Of a DNA stretch of 64,000 nt, positions 18,303 through 27,846 are shown one piece after another (positions within the stretch are counted from its first letter, which is position 1; every line of letters starts with the position of its first letter). The stretch lies in IMG/VR virus record IMGVR_UViG_3300022927_001927. One strand, 5' to 3'. Under the pieces are notes generated by a model, which saw only the letters and a list, made by a program, of their open reading frames with translations, had not been told where the DNA came from and ran no database searches. Both the position numbers and the translations under genes were made by a program. The stretch is from an uncultured virus (IMG/VR IMGVR_UViG_3300022927_001927). Its lineage: Duplodnaviria > Heunggongvirae > Uroviricota > Caudoviricetes.

Positions 18303-19006
18303 GTAGAGTAAGAAAGGCAATTATCTTGGCGGCTGGTAAGTCAACAAGATACGGATCAAATAAACTCATTGATCCAATTTTAGGTAAATCAACAGTTCAG
18401 TACTGTATTGAATTTTGTATTGAAAACGGTATAGAAGATGCATATGTTACAATTAGTAAATCTGACTTCTTCTTTAAGAATAGAAATACTAAACTATCTC
18501 ATCCTATTATTGAAAGTTTATCAAAGTATAAGGAAAAGATAAACATTTACTATGAGTTCCAAAAGGATGATGAATATGGACCGGGTGCCGCTATTAAAGC
18601 ATGGGAAGGTAAATTTTATGAACCGTTCCTATGTCTGTTTGGTGATAATTACTATCAAGGAAATATTGGTTTAGAATATCACGATCCTAATGTATCAGTT
18701 GCTACATATAAAGATTACGATACTCGTGCAAGGAATTTACAACTTGCAACTATCCTAGAAGACGTAGTCATTGAAAAACCGCATGGTGTGGTAAGCGGTA
18801 GGTATTTTTGCGGATATATGATTTTTGCAAAAGAAGCATTTGATAATTTAAGTAGTATTAAGTTATCAAATCGTAATGAATATGAAATCACTCATCTTAT
18901 AAATTCAATGGAAAATTTAAAGTTTGAGAAATTAGGAATATGCTGGTATGATTTAACATACGAACAGGATAAACAAGTTATAGAAGACATCATCCAAAAT
19001 TGTTAA
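18299..19006 (+). CDS. Sugar-phosphate nucleotidyltransferase (RmlA-like)
   Basis: ILAAGKSTRYG, GDN, EKP, SNRNEYEIT. Confidence 0.88.
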   Translation: MSRVRKAIILAAGKSTRYGSNKLIDPILGKSTVQYCIEFCIENGIEDAYVTISKSDFFFKNRNTKLSHPIIESLSKYKEKINIYYEFQKDDEYGPGAAIKAWEGKFYEPFLCLFGDNYYQGNIGLEYHDPNVSVATYKDYDTRARNLQLATILEDVVIEKPHGVVSGRYFCGYMIFAKEAFDNLSSIKLSNRNEYEITHLINSMENLKFEKLGICWYDLTYEQDKQVIEDIIQNC

Positions 19007-19007
19007 T

Positions 19008-20273
19008 ATGAAAGATAACGTAAAAAAGGTCGGCTTTTTTAAATTAGGTAAAGCCATTAAGTTTAATGAAAATAGTTGGAGTGCAATCGGTGGTGATTGT
19101 GAACCTAAACAACTTATCTGCTCAATTGCAAACCGTAACCCAGATACCGAGTATTGGTTACTTAGTCCTAATGATTTAGGTAAGTTTAGAGCAAAACAAA
19201 AGCCAAAGGTAAATTCACTCTTTGGTCCACCACCAGAAGAAGAATCTGCAGTTCCTTCCAATATCAAAGAATTTCACTCTACTATGAAAGAGAGAAAGTC
19301 TGCAGACGAAACTGTTGAAATTATTAAGAGTTTAGATTTAGATTTTATCTTTTTCTATACAGGACCTACAAGTACTGTTAATATTGAAAATTACATTAAT
19401 AAAGTAGATGGTACTGGTAGAGTTAAATCTTTAGACTTCTTTAAGTATTATGCTGCTCCAATTATTCGAGCAATGAATGAATTGGAAAAGAAGGTACCTA
19501 TCGTAGGTTTACTGGTGGATAACCGATACGTTCTTTCATGTAAGGATTGGGGAAATAATAATCGACCTACTTATTATCTTGCGCAAAATAACTTTGAATT
19601 AGATGAAGAGTATTTTAGTAACCCACCTACTAGAGAAACTGCAAAAATACATTCTGTCTTTGAATATTCAGGAATTGAAACAGTATTCTTGTTGGATAAA
19701 AAACGATATGACATAGATGAACTCTTTGAAATGAAAAAAGATAATTCATTTATGATGTTACAAAACCAAGGAAAGGGCTCAGGTGGAATGGACCGCTGGG
19801 ATCCTGTAAAAGAGTATATTGTAGATCAAGATATTGAAACCGATATCTATGGTAAATGGGATGATGAGATTAAAGAAAAGTATTCTAAATGGTTTAAGGG
19901 AGAAACTCGTATTGAAACAATGACCGATGAACTTCTTAAAACTAAATACACATTCTGCGTTCCTATTAAAGAGGGTATGGTCACTTCTAAATATGCAGAA
20001 ATGCTACACTATGGTATTATACCTTTCTTACACCCATCTTACGATACTGAATTTAATGTGTTCCCAGAAGGTCATTTTATTAGATGTCAATCACCAGAAG
20101 ATCTCAAAAAGAAAATTGAATTCTTAAATGCAAACCCAGAGCATTATAAGAAATTATTCTATAACCTCCAAGAAAAATATCTTAAAGATTCATATTATAC
20201 TGGAGAACATGTAGATACTAAAATCTGGGAAGCTTATGAACGAGTAACTAAAACTGAAAACGTAAATGTATAA
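19008..20273 (+). CDS. GT-B glycosyltransferase resembling T4 DNA beta-glucosyltransferase
   Basis: C-terminal VTSKYAEMLHYGIIPFLHPSYDT...EDLKKKIEFL resembles the BGT C-terminal region by eye; DIYGKW. Confidence 0.55.
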   Translation: MKDNVKKVGFFKLGKAIKFNENSWSAIGGDCEPKQLICSIANRNPDTEYWLLSPNDLGKFRAKQKPKVNSLFGPPPEEESAVPSNIKEFHSTMKERKSADETVEIIKSLDLDFIFFYTGPTSTVNIENYINKVDGTGRVKSLDFFKYYAAPIIRAMNELEKKVPIVGLLVDNRYVLSCKDWGNNNRPTYYLAQNNFELDEEYFSNPPTRETAKIHSVFEYSGIETVFLLDKKRYDIDELFEMKKDNSFMMLQNQGKGSGGMDRWDPVKEYIVDQDIETDIYGKWDDEIKEKYSKWFKGETRIETMTDELLKTKYTFCVPIKEGMVTSKYAEMLHYGIIPFLHPSYDTEFNVFPEGHFIRCQSPEDLKKKIEFLNANPEHYKKLFYNLQEKYLKDSYYTGEHVDTKIWEAYERVTKTENVNV

Positions 20274-21288
20274 TTCTGAAACTAAAATCCTGGTCACCGG
20301 TGGAGCTGGGTTCGTTGGAACAAACTTTATCAACGATTTATTAAATAGAGGTCATAATCCTAACTGTATTGCTGTAATTGATAACTTATCTCACGGTACT
20401 TATATCCCTAAGGTTCATGATCAAATTGAACATTTCTATAAAGAGGATATTAGAAATCAATATGTAGAAAATATTATTCAAGAGTTTAAGCCTGAGTATG
20501 TTTATCACTTTGCAGGTCTAGTTTCGATCTATGACTGTAATGAAGATCCTTATGAAGCGGTGGACAATAACATTTTAGGTAGTATTAATATAATGAATGG
20601 CTGCGTTAAGGCAGGTGTTAAGAGAATCATATTTAGCGAAACTTCTGCTGTATATGAAAACTGTGAAATGCCAGATGCTGGGTTTAACGAAACACAATCA
20701 GATCCTACGACCATCTATTCTACATCTAAAGCATGCCTCGCGTTATTAGCAGAATCTTACCAGAGAACTAAAGGTCTTAATTATACTGCATTAAGATATT
20801 TTAATGTAGCTGGACCACTACAAGATTATAATAGAACAATACCGCCAGTATTTGCAGGATTCATTTTAAGAATTAAAGGTGGTCATAATCCTATCGTATT
20901 TGGAGATTATATGAAAGCTCGTGATTACATTGATGTATCTGATGTTAATGCATTCCACATTCTTTGTATGGAAAATGAAAATACTGCAAATCAAACATTC
21001 AACTTAGGTACAGGTAAAATGACAAACCTAATGGAACTTAAAAATATGATTGGCAATATTATGGGAGTTGGTGAAGTTCCTTTTGACCATTATGATCCTA
21101 TTGCTGGAGAAGCATTAAATATTCGCGGTGATATTTCTAAAGCCAAATCAATGGGCTGGGAACCTAAGAAAGATATTAGAGATACTATTAAGGAAACTAT
21201 TGTATATCTTGAAAATGAAATCGCTGAAGGAACAATTGATCCTTTAACATTCATGGAAGATTTAGAAATTGAAAAAGTAAAAATATAA
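20266..21288 (+). CDS. NAD-dependent sugar epimerase/dehydratase (GalE-like)
   Basis: TGGAGFVG, YSTSK, LRYFNVAG, RDYIDV. Confidence 0.92.
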   Translation: MYNSETKILVTGGAGFVGTNFINDLLNRGHNPNCIAVIDNLSHGTYIPKVHDQIEHFYKEDIRNQYVENIIQEFKPEYVYHFAGLVSIYDCNEDPYEAVDNNILGSINIMNGCVKAGVKRIIFSETSAVYENCEMPDAGFNETQSDPTTIYSTSKACLALLAESYQRTKGLNYTALRYFNVAGPLQDYNRTIPPVFAGFILRIKGGHNPIVFGDYMKARDYIDVSDVNAFHILCMENENTANQTFNLGTGKMTNLMELKNMIGNIMGVGEVPFDHYDPIAGEALNIRGDISKAKSMGWEPKKDIRDTIKETIVYLENEIAEGTIDPLTFMEDLEIEKVKI

Positions 21289-21296
21289 AAAATAAT

Positions 21297-21962
21297 ATGG
21301 GAAACGTAGGTAAATATACACCAAGCGGTGAATTTGTAGAAGAAAATCCTCTGTATGAATTTGAAGCCGATTATTGGGGGAATTGTTGTAATTCTCTTGA
21401 TGAAGAAATAAAACAATTCTTTTATGCTAAACTAATGAGTATTGATAAATACTCCCCATTTTCTTTTTCTGTTAATGGAAAGAAAATACTAGATATTGGG
21501 GGCGGTCCGGTTTCATTATTACTTAAATGCCATGATCATGGAGGATCTAAGGTTGTGGATCCTATTAAGTATCCTAAGTGGACAATTGATAGGTATGCAG
21601 CTAATAATATTGAATATGATCAAAAACCAGGTGAAGATGTTGATGAGGAGGGATATGATGAAGTTTGGATCTATAACTGTTTACAGCATGTAATAGATCC
21701 AGAAAAGATAATTAATAATGCCAAGAAAGCTGCGCCTGTAATTAGAATATTTGAATGGATTGATATACCTGCACACGAAGGTCATCCTCATGAATTAAAG
21801 GAAGACAAACTTAACAAATGGTTAGGTGGTAAAGGTAGTGTAGGTATTATTCAATATGATGAATATTCCTCAGTATTCGGTGATAACTTACCTGTGATAA
21901 GAGAAAGAATCGGCGATGGCGGGGCATGTTATTATGGTGTTTTTAAACATAATAAAAAATAA
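21297..21962 (+). CDS. Class I SAM-dependent methyltransferase
   Basis: ILDIGGGP, VDP, NCLQHVIDP. Confidence 0.8.
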   Translation: MGNVGKYTPSGEFVEENPLYEFEADYWGNCCNSLDEEIKQFFYAKLMSIDKYSPFSFSVNGKKILDIGGGPVSLLLKCHDHGGSKVVDPIKYPKWTIDRYAANNIEYDQKPGEDVDEEGYDEVWIYNCLQHVIDPEKIINNAKKAAPVIRIFEWIDIPAHEGHPHELKEDKLNKWLGGKGSVGIIQYDEYSSVFGDNLPVIRERIGDGGACYYGVFKHNKK

Positions 21963-21965
21963 GAT

Positions 21966-23228
21966 ATGAGTAAAGAATTAAAATGGGGTACTATTATTCC
22001 TCTTATTGGAGGTAGTGCCATAGGTTGTAAAAAATCTGCAGGTAATGAACCGGCTTTTCATTTAAGCTATGAAGCATTTGCTGCAAACGAAAGCCATATT
22101 GAAAGATATTGGCCAGATGTACCAATGTATAGACTAGATCATGAAGAATTAGAAATACCTAATCAAACATTCGAAGGTGTTGATTATGTAAATTCAGTCT
22201 GTCCATGTGCAGGCTTATCCTTATTGAATTCTGCTAGTGGATCTGCTGCATCGCGTGGATCTGATGCTGTTCAAAATAAATGGATGTATGAATCATCTGA
22301 ATATATTTTAGAACATGTAAAACCTAAAGTTCTTTGGGGTGAAAATGCCCCAGGCCTTTTTACTAAAATGGGAGAAGGTGTAGTAGAAAGACTTAGAGAA
22401 ATTGCAGAAAAACATGGATATAGTTTTTCTCTCATTAAGACCAATACAGAATTACATGGTATTCCACAGAGAAGAATGCGTACCTTTTACTTCTTTTGGA
22501 ATACACCAACAGTTCCAATGTTAGAGTGGAAGTTTAGAGAAAAGAAAAAGCTTATTGACTATCTTAACGAAATACCTGAGGATGCTACACAACAAGACAT
22601 GTTCATGGTACCTGGAAAGGTCACTGATCATTTTAGACCGTATGAGTTTGTTTTAGAAAAAGAAGGCTTAACTCATGCCGAATTTTCTGCTAAGTTTAAG
22701 AAAGGTACTATTGCACAGTATCTTGATAAGAATGAATTACTCGATGAATGTATTGACTGGTTAGATAAACATTATCCAAAAGAAGGTTTTTCCAATAAGA
22801 AGTCAACTAAGACATTTATTGATATGTTGGAGCATCAGAAGAATAAAGTAAGTCAAGGGCTTGGGTATTGGGATGCATCGCCACATTTTTTCCATGATTC
22901 TTTTTCTGCTCTGATTGGTCGTAATATGTTTAATGGTGTTCATCCTGTAGAAAATAGATATCTTAATGTAAGAGAGATGCTTCATTTAATGGGTCTTCCT
23001 TTAGATTTTGAAATTGAATCTTCTCGCCAAGTTAATCATATTGCACAAAATGTACCAGTTACCACTGCTATGGATATGGCCGATGAGGTGAAGAAGTTTT
23101 GTGAAGGTAATGCAAAAATGACAAATTATACATTCCTAAAACAAGATAACACTAATCATAAGATTATTGAAGCAGAAGAAATTGGAGCTAAACCAAAAAA
23201 GAAGTATAAAGTAAAAAGTATAATTTAA
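21966..23228 (+). CDS. C5-cytosine DNA methyltransferase-like protein with atypical motif I
   Basis: CPCAGLS (IV), ENAPGL (VI), GIPQRRMR (VIII), RYLNVRE (IX), QNVP (X); motif I reads IPLIGG. Confidence 0.82.
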   Translation: MSKELKWGTIIPLIGGSAIGCKKSAGNEPAFHLSYEAFAANESHIERYWPDVPMYRLDHEELEIPNQTFEGVDYVNSVCPCAGLSLLNSASGSAASRGSDAVQNKWMYESSEYILEHVKPKVLWGENAPGLFTKMGEGVVERLREIAEKHGYSFSLIKTNTELHGIPQRRMRTFYFFWNTPTVPMLEWKFREKKKLIDYLNEIPEDATQQDMFMVPGKVTDHFRPYEFVLEKEGLTHAEFSAKFKKGTIAQYLDKNELLDECIDWLDKHYPKEGFSNKKSTKTFIDMLEHQKNKVSQGLGYWDASPHFFHDSFSALIGRNMFNGVHPVENRYLNVREMLHLMGLPLDFEIESSRQVNHIAQNVPVTTAMDMADEVKKFCEGNAKMTNYTFLKQDNTNHKIIEAEEIGAKPKKKYKVKSII

Positions 23229-23230
23229 TT

Positions 23231-24238
23231 ATGAAAGATAAAGCTTTAGCCATCGGCGTATCCAGTCTAGAGTTTACTAATATCTTATGTAGTTATTATC
23301 CTAGAGGAGTTAAAGAGAAGTTTGACATTTATCTGTTTGTGGATGATACTAAAATAGACCTAGATAAACTTAGTGGTATTTTTGAAGAACATGATTTGGA
23401 TATATTTAAAAATGCCAAAATTATTATTCTTAATGATCTTTATGACCATTACATTGAGAAGCATGGTTATGAAGGTAAAGCAAAGGAATTTCTTTTAAGT
23501 CATGGTTGCTTATTTAAGATCTTAATGCCAATTTATCTTAAAGAAAAATTTGGAGTAAAGAGAACTCTTGTATCTGATGATGATGTATTTATATTAAATG
23601 ATATAAGTTACATGTGGGATGAATATAAAGAGTTCGGTATCAAAAAGGAAAATCTATTTTACATTAGAAACAAGGATAAGTATGATGTAATGGATGCTTT
23701 TAATGAAATCTTTGAATCTGATTTTACATTAGAGCAAATGAATGCACTTTCTATAAATGCAGGTAATATCATATACGGAGACGATCCTAAGTTAGAGTAT
23801 TATTTTGAAAGATTTATGAAGCACCCATTTATTCATCATCTTTACTTTAACTTTACAGGATATACAAGCTGGACAGTTGAGCAGAGATTCCACCACTTTA
23901 ATATTCATAGATATTTAGCAGAAGGGAGAAAGGTTAAATTTACCAATAGTAAAGATTTAAGACTTATGCAAAATCTTGATAAAGGAATGAAGGCAGGTAC
24001 TCCTGATGAAAGGTATCTTAAACAAGTAACTCCTTCAATTATTCATTATGCTATAGGTACAAAAAAGCCTTTATGGTTGAGAGATTTTTTACCAGGTTTA
24101 TCATGGAAATTTGATGGTTTTCAATATGAACCTAAATATGAATTAAAGGGTATCTTGTATAATAAAGATTGGCAACCACCTTCTTTTAAGAGTGTACAAA
24201 AGAAACAAAAAGAATTTAAAATTAAGTCAGTATTCTAA
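23231..24238 (+). CDS. Putative GT-A glycosyltransferase
   Basis: SDDDVF DxD motif, INAGN, EQ, IIHY...KP (GT8-like). Confidence 0.55.
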   Translation: MKDKALAIGVSSLEFTNILCSYYPRGVKEKFDIYLFVDDTKIDLDKLSGIFEEHDLDIFKNAKIIILNDLYDHYIEKHGYEGKAKEFLLSHGCLFKILMPIYLKEKFGVKRTLVSDDDVFILNDISYMWDEYKEFGIKKENLFYIRNKDKYDVMDAFNEIFESDFTLEQMNALSINAGNIIYGDDPKLEYYFERFMKHPFIHHLYFNFTGYTSWTVEQRFHHFNIHRYLAEGRKVKFTNSKDLRLMQNLDKGMKAGTPDERYLKQVTPSIIHYAIGTKKPLWLRDFLPGLSWKFDGFQYEPKYELKGILYNKDWQPPSFKSVQKKQKEFKIKSVF

Positions 24239-24690
24239 TGGATAAGATAACAACAGCTACATTTAAAATGGATAAAGGAGATATGGTATTTCGGCTTTAT
24301 GAAGAAACACCAATTCATACTGGGGCATTCATTAATAATGCAAAAACAGGTCAATTTAAGGGAATTGAATTTTATAGAGTAGAACCTAACTTTGTAATAC
24401 AGAGTGGTCCTAAAGAAGCCAATGGGCGTATGTGGGATGAAACAAAACCACCTAGAAGAACAAAAGATAATAATACGCATTTCTTTGGCGTATTAAGTTC
24501 TGCTAATTCAGGACCAGAACATTCATCAATAGGTGTCTTTTTTATATCTCTAGGAAGATGGAGAGGGCGAAGTTTGGATGAAGCATATACATCATTTGGT
24601 CACATAATTGAAGGGTGGGAACATCTTGAAAAAATTGAAAAGGGTGACATTATTAATGATGTAATAATTAGAGAGTATACATTAAACTAA
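24238..24690 (+). CDS. Cyclophilin-type peptidyl-prolyl isomerase
   Basis: FYRVEPNFVIQSG, GVLSSANSG, YTSFG. Confidence 0.88.
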   Translation: MDKITTATFKMDKGDMVFRLYEETPIHTGAFINNAKTGQFKGIEFYRVEPNFVIQSGPKEANGRMWDETKPPRRTKDNNTHFFGVLSSANSGPEHSSIGVFFISLGRWRGRSLDEAYTSFGHIIEGWEHLEKIEKGDIINDVIIREYTLN

Positions 24691-24731
24691 GTAACTAATA
24701 TCAATATAATAATAAACAAAATTTATTTTCA

Positions 24732-25481
24732 ATGGAAACAACAATTAACAAAATTGACGGTTATGAATTAAGTTCATTCGTCCGCAAACTACTTCCAATT
24801 GACAAGTTTATCTTTATGAAGATTGCAAAAGAAGGAACTGTTTCTTCTGTCTATTTTCCTGAACGAGATGCTGTTAAATTGGTTAGCACACCAACTAAAG
24901 ATATCTTTGAAGCAGATATTGATAATCCGGTAAAAGTAAGCTTCTATAACGGTACTAAAGTTATTGATGCGTTAAGCCATTTTAATGGTGATGTAAAAGG
25001 TCGTATTAAGTATACTGAATATGACGGAGAATACATGGCAAGTGATTTTATTTTAGAGAATGATGATCTTCAAATTAATCTTGCATGTACCGATCCATCA
25101 TTATCATTTATGGAAATGAGTAAAGAAGAAACTGACCGAGCATTTGGAACTGAATCTAAGATGTTTGAATTTGATCTTCTTACTACTCATGTAGATAAAA
25201 TGAAATCATTGTTTAACCTTGATAAAGAAGAAGATATCTTTACTCTTTGTATTGGAGAAAAAGGTATTAACATTAAAGGTACTTCATACGATGCTACACT
25301 TTGTCACTCATATGATTCATCTGTTGAAAAAGGTGCAAAGGTTGTTATCTATAAGAAATACATAAACCTTTTAGATAAGGAAAACTATAAAGTGAGTGTA
25401 TGTGAAAATAAAGTTGTTTTCAAATCGTTGGATACTAACACTCATCTTACTGTGGCGGTTGCCATTACAGACGAAGATTAA
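24732..25481 (+). CDS. Sliding clamp (T4 gp45-like)
   Basis: 249-aa two-domain pattern ending YKVSV...VVF...LTVAVA; directly upstream of polymerase subunit. Confidence 0.65.
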   Translation: METTINKIDGYELSSFVRKLLPIDKFIFMKIAKEGTVSSVYFPERDAVKLVSTPTKDIFEADIDNPVKVSFYNGTKVIDALSHFNGDVKGRIKYTEYDGEYMASDFILENDDLQINLACTDPSLSFMEMSKEETDRAFGTESKMFEFDLLTTHVDKMKSLFNLDKEEDIFTLCIGEKGINIKGTSYDATLCHSYDSSVEKGAKVVIYKKYINLLDKENYKVSVCENKVVFKSLDTNTHLTVAVAITDED

Positions 25482-25492
25482 TCCCGTCTATC

Positions 25493-25533
25493 TAAGGGCA
25501 TCTAATTAAGTTTAGGTGCCCTTAAACTTTTTT
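25493..25533 (+). terminator. Hairpin/terminator overlapping next promoter
   Basis: taagggcatcta / taggtgccctta then aactttttt. Confidence 0.55.
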
Positions 25534-25557
25534 AATCTTTACCTTATAAAAATAAAA

Positions 25558-26676
25558 ATGACAGAGGAATTACAGCAAATAAAAGAAGAAGCATCAAAGT
25601 ATTATAATTATGAACAAGCTGTAAAGCTAATGCTTAACTCTATTTACGGTGCATTTGGTAATCCTTATTTCTATTTCTTTAATGTTGATATAGCCGAAAC
25701 TATTACCCTTCAAGGTAAAGATGCTATCCTATATACTGAAAGACTTATTAACAAATATTTTAAAGAATATTGGCATAAAGATACTGCTGCTCACCAAGCT
25801 ATGGGAATAACAGTAACTGGTAAAATTGAAAAACCTGTTGGTATTTATATTGATACTGATTCGGTATATGTAAAGTTTGAGGAACTAATTAAAAAATCTG
25901 AAGGGTGGGAAGGTGATGAAAAAGAATTCATTTTAAAGTTATATGAAGTAAGACTTAAAGCTTATATAGAAAAAATTCTACAGGTGTATGCTGATAATAA
26001 TAATGCAGAAAACTTTTTATCATTTGAATTAGAAAGTATTGCTAAGAATGCAATATGGCTTGCCAAGAAAAAGTACATGCAGAATATTGTTTGGAAGGAT
26101 CCGGATATTCATTATGATGATCTTTCTAAAATTAGTTCTAAAGGATTTGAAATTATACAGTCATCCACTCCAATTTTTGCTAGAGAAAAACTAAAAGAAT
26201 TGCTAACATATATATTTTCGGCTGGTGAATTAGATATGGGTAAATTTGCAAGTCAACTTAAAGATATTAAAAGACAATTTAGATTAGCAAATGTAGATCA
26301 AATCAGTTTTTCACGAAAGGTTAATAATTATCAACGATATATAGTAAACGATTATGATACATTTGAAGTTGCATCTAAATGTCCAATTGGGGTAAGATCT
26401 GCAGGTTATCATAATTACCTATTAAATAACTCCAGTGTGAAAGGAAAATATCAGCCACTAGGAAACGGCGAAAAATGTAAAATGTACTTTTCTGTAGATT
26501 CATCCTGCGATGTATTTGCATATGCTCCTGGTGATTATCCTTATGAATTTGCCCCTAAGGTAGATTATGATAAACAATTTGAAAAGACAATATTGGATCC
26601 AATAAATCGGGTTGTAACTGCGATGGGATTTAAGGCCTTTAACAGAAACATAATTTATACCACCAATCTTTTCTAA
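25558..26676 (+). CDS. Family B DNA polymerase, C-terminal subunit (motifs B, C, thumb)
   Basis: KLMLNSIYG, YIDTDS, KKKY, KGFE; ATG 25558 after A-rich leader. Confidence 0.92.
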   Translation: MTEELQQIKEEASKYYNYEQAVKLMLNSIYGAFGNPYFYFFNVDIAETITLQGKDAILYTERLINKYFKEYWHKDTAAHQAMGITVTGKIEKPVGIYIDTDSVYVKFEELIKKSEGWEGDEKEFILKLYEVRLKAYIEKILQVYADNNNAENFLSFELESIAKNAIWLAKKKYMQNIVWKDPDIHYDDLSKISSKGFEIIQSSTPIFAREKLKELLTYIFSAGELDMGKFASQLKDIKRQFRLANVDQISFSRKVNNYQRYIVNDYDTFEVASKCPIGVRSAGYHNYLLNNSSVKGKYQPLGNGEKCKMYFSVDSSCDVFAYAPGDYPYEFAPKVDYDKQFEKTILDPINRVVTAMGFKAFNRNIIYTTNLF

Positions 26677-26691
26677 AAAATAAACATAAAT

Positions 26692-27846
26692 ATGAAAAAG
26701 AGTTTTAGAATTCACGTACTAGGTCTTCCACATACTATAACCAATGAAGACTTTGTAGCATGCGCCTATACACAAAAGGCCTGGAAATTTTGTAAAATGA
26801 TGGCTGGAAGAGGTCATACAATTTACCATTACGGTCATGAAGATTCGGACACCATGGCAGATGAAGATGTAACAGTTATTACTAATGAGGTATGGGAAGA
26901 GGTTTATGGTACTCATGATTACAAGAGTAAATGGTTTAAGTATGATATGAATGATAAAGCATATCAAACTTTTTATAGAAATGCAATTAGAGAAATTGAT
27001 AAAAGAAAACAACCAGGAGACATCATTCTTCCGTTTTGGGGAGCAGGTGTAAGACCAATTTGTGATGCTCACCCAGACCTTTTAACAATAGAACCTGGTA
27101 TAGGATATGCAGGTGGTCACTGGGCACCTTATAAAATATTTGAATCTTATGCAATTTATCATGCATATTGCGGACTTCGTAATGTTGGGGCATGTGCACA
27201 AAGTAACTATGATATAGTAATTCCTAATTATTTTGATTTAGACCAATTTGAATATCAAGAAGAAAAAGAAGATTACTTTCTTTTCTTAGGAAGAGTTTAT
27301 ACTGGTAAAGGGGTTCATATTGCTCAACAGGTTTGTGAAGCCGCTGGGGTAAAACTTAAAGTTGCTGGTCAATTAGACCCTTCGTATGAAAATTATAAAT
27401 GGCCAGATCATGTGGAATTTGTAGGATATGCAGGCGTTGAAGAAAGAAAAGAGCTAATGAAAAATGCAAAAGGTTCTTTCTTGGCATCCCAATATCTTGA
27501 ACCGTTTGGTGGAGTACAGATTGAAAATCTCTTAGCAGGGACTCCTACTATATCATCTGATTGGGGTGCCTTTACTGAAAATAATATTGAAGGCGTAACA
27601 GGCTATCGCTGTAGGACGTTTGAAGACTATGTAAGAGCAGTTAAAAACATACAAGAAGGCAAGATAAAATCAATAGATTGTAGAAAGCATGGAGAAAAGT
27701 TTTCATTAGAAGCAATAGCCCCAATGTATGAAGACTTTTTTAGAAAGGTTTCTGATATACATTCAGGAAGAGGTTGGTATGAAATATGGGATGATTCATT
27801 GTATACATCTAAATGGATAGAAAAGCAAAATCTTGAAAATGATTAA
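26692..27846 (+). CDS. GT4-family glycosyltransferase
   Basis: FLGRVYTGKG, EPFGGVQIE, GTP. Confidence 0.85.
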   Translation: MKKSFRIHVLGLPHTITNEDFVACAYTQKAWKFCKMMAGRGHTIYHYGHEDSDTMADEDVTVITNEVWEEVYGTHDYKSKWFKYDMNDKAYQTFYRNAIREIDKRKQPGDIILPFWGAGVRPICDAHPDLLTIEPGIGYAGGHWAPYKIFESYAIYHAYCGLRNVGACAQSNYDIVIPNYFDLDQFEYQEEKEDYFLFLGRVYTGKGVHIAQQVCEAAGVKLKVAGQLDPSYENYKWPDHVEFVGYAGVEERKELMKNAKGSFLASQYLEPFGGVQIENLLAGTPTISSDWGAFTENNIEGVTGYRCRTFEDYVRAVKNIQEGKIKSIDCRKHGEKFSLEAIAPMYEDFFRKVSDIHSGRGWYEIWDDSLYTSKWIEKQNLEND

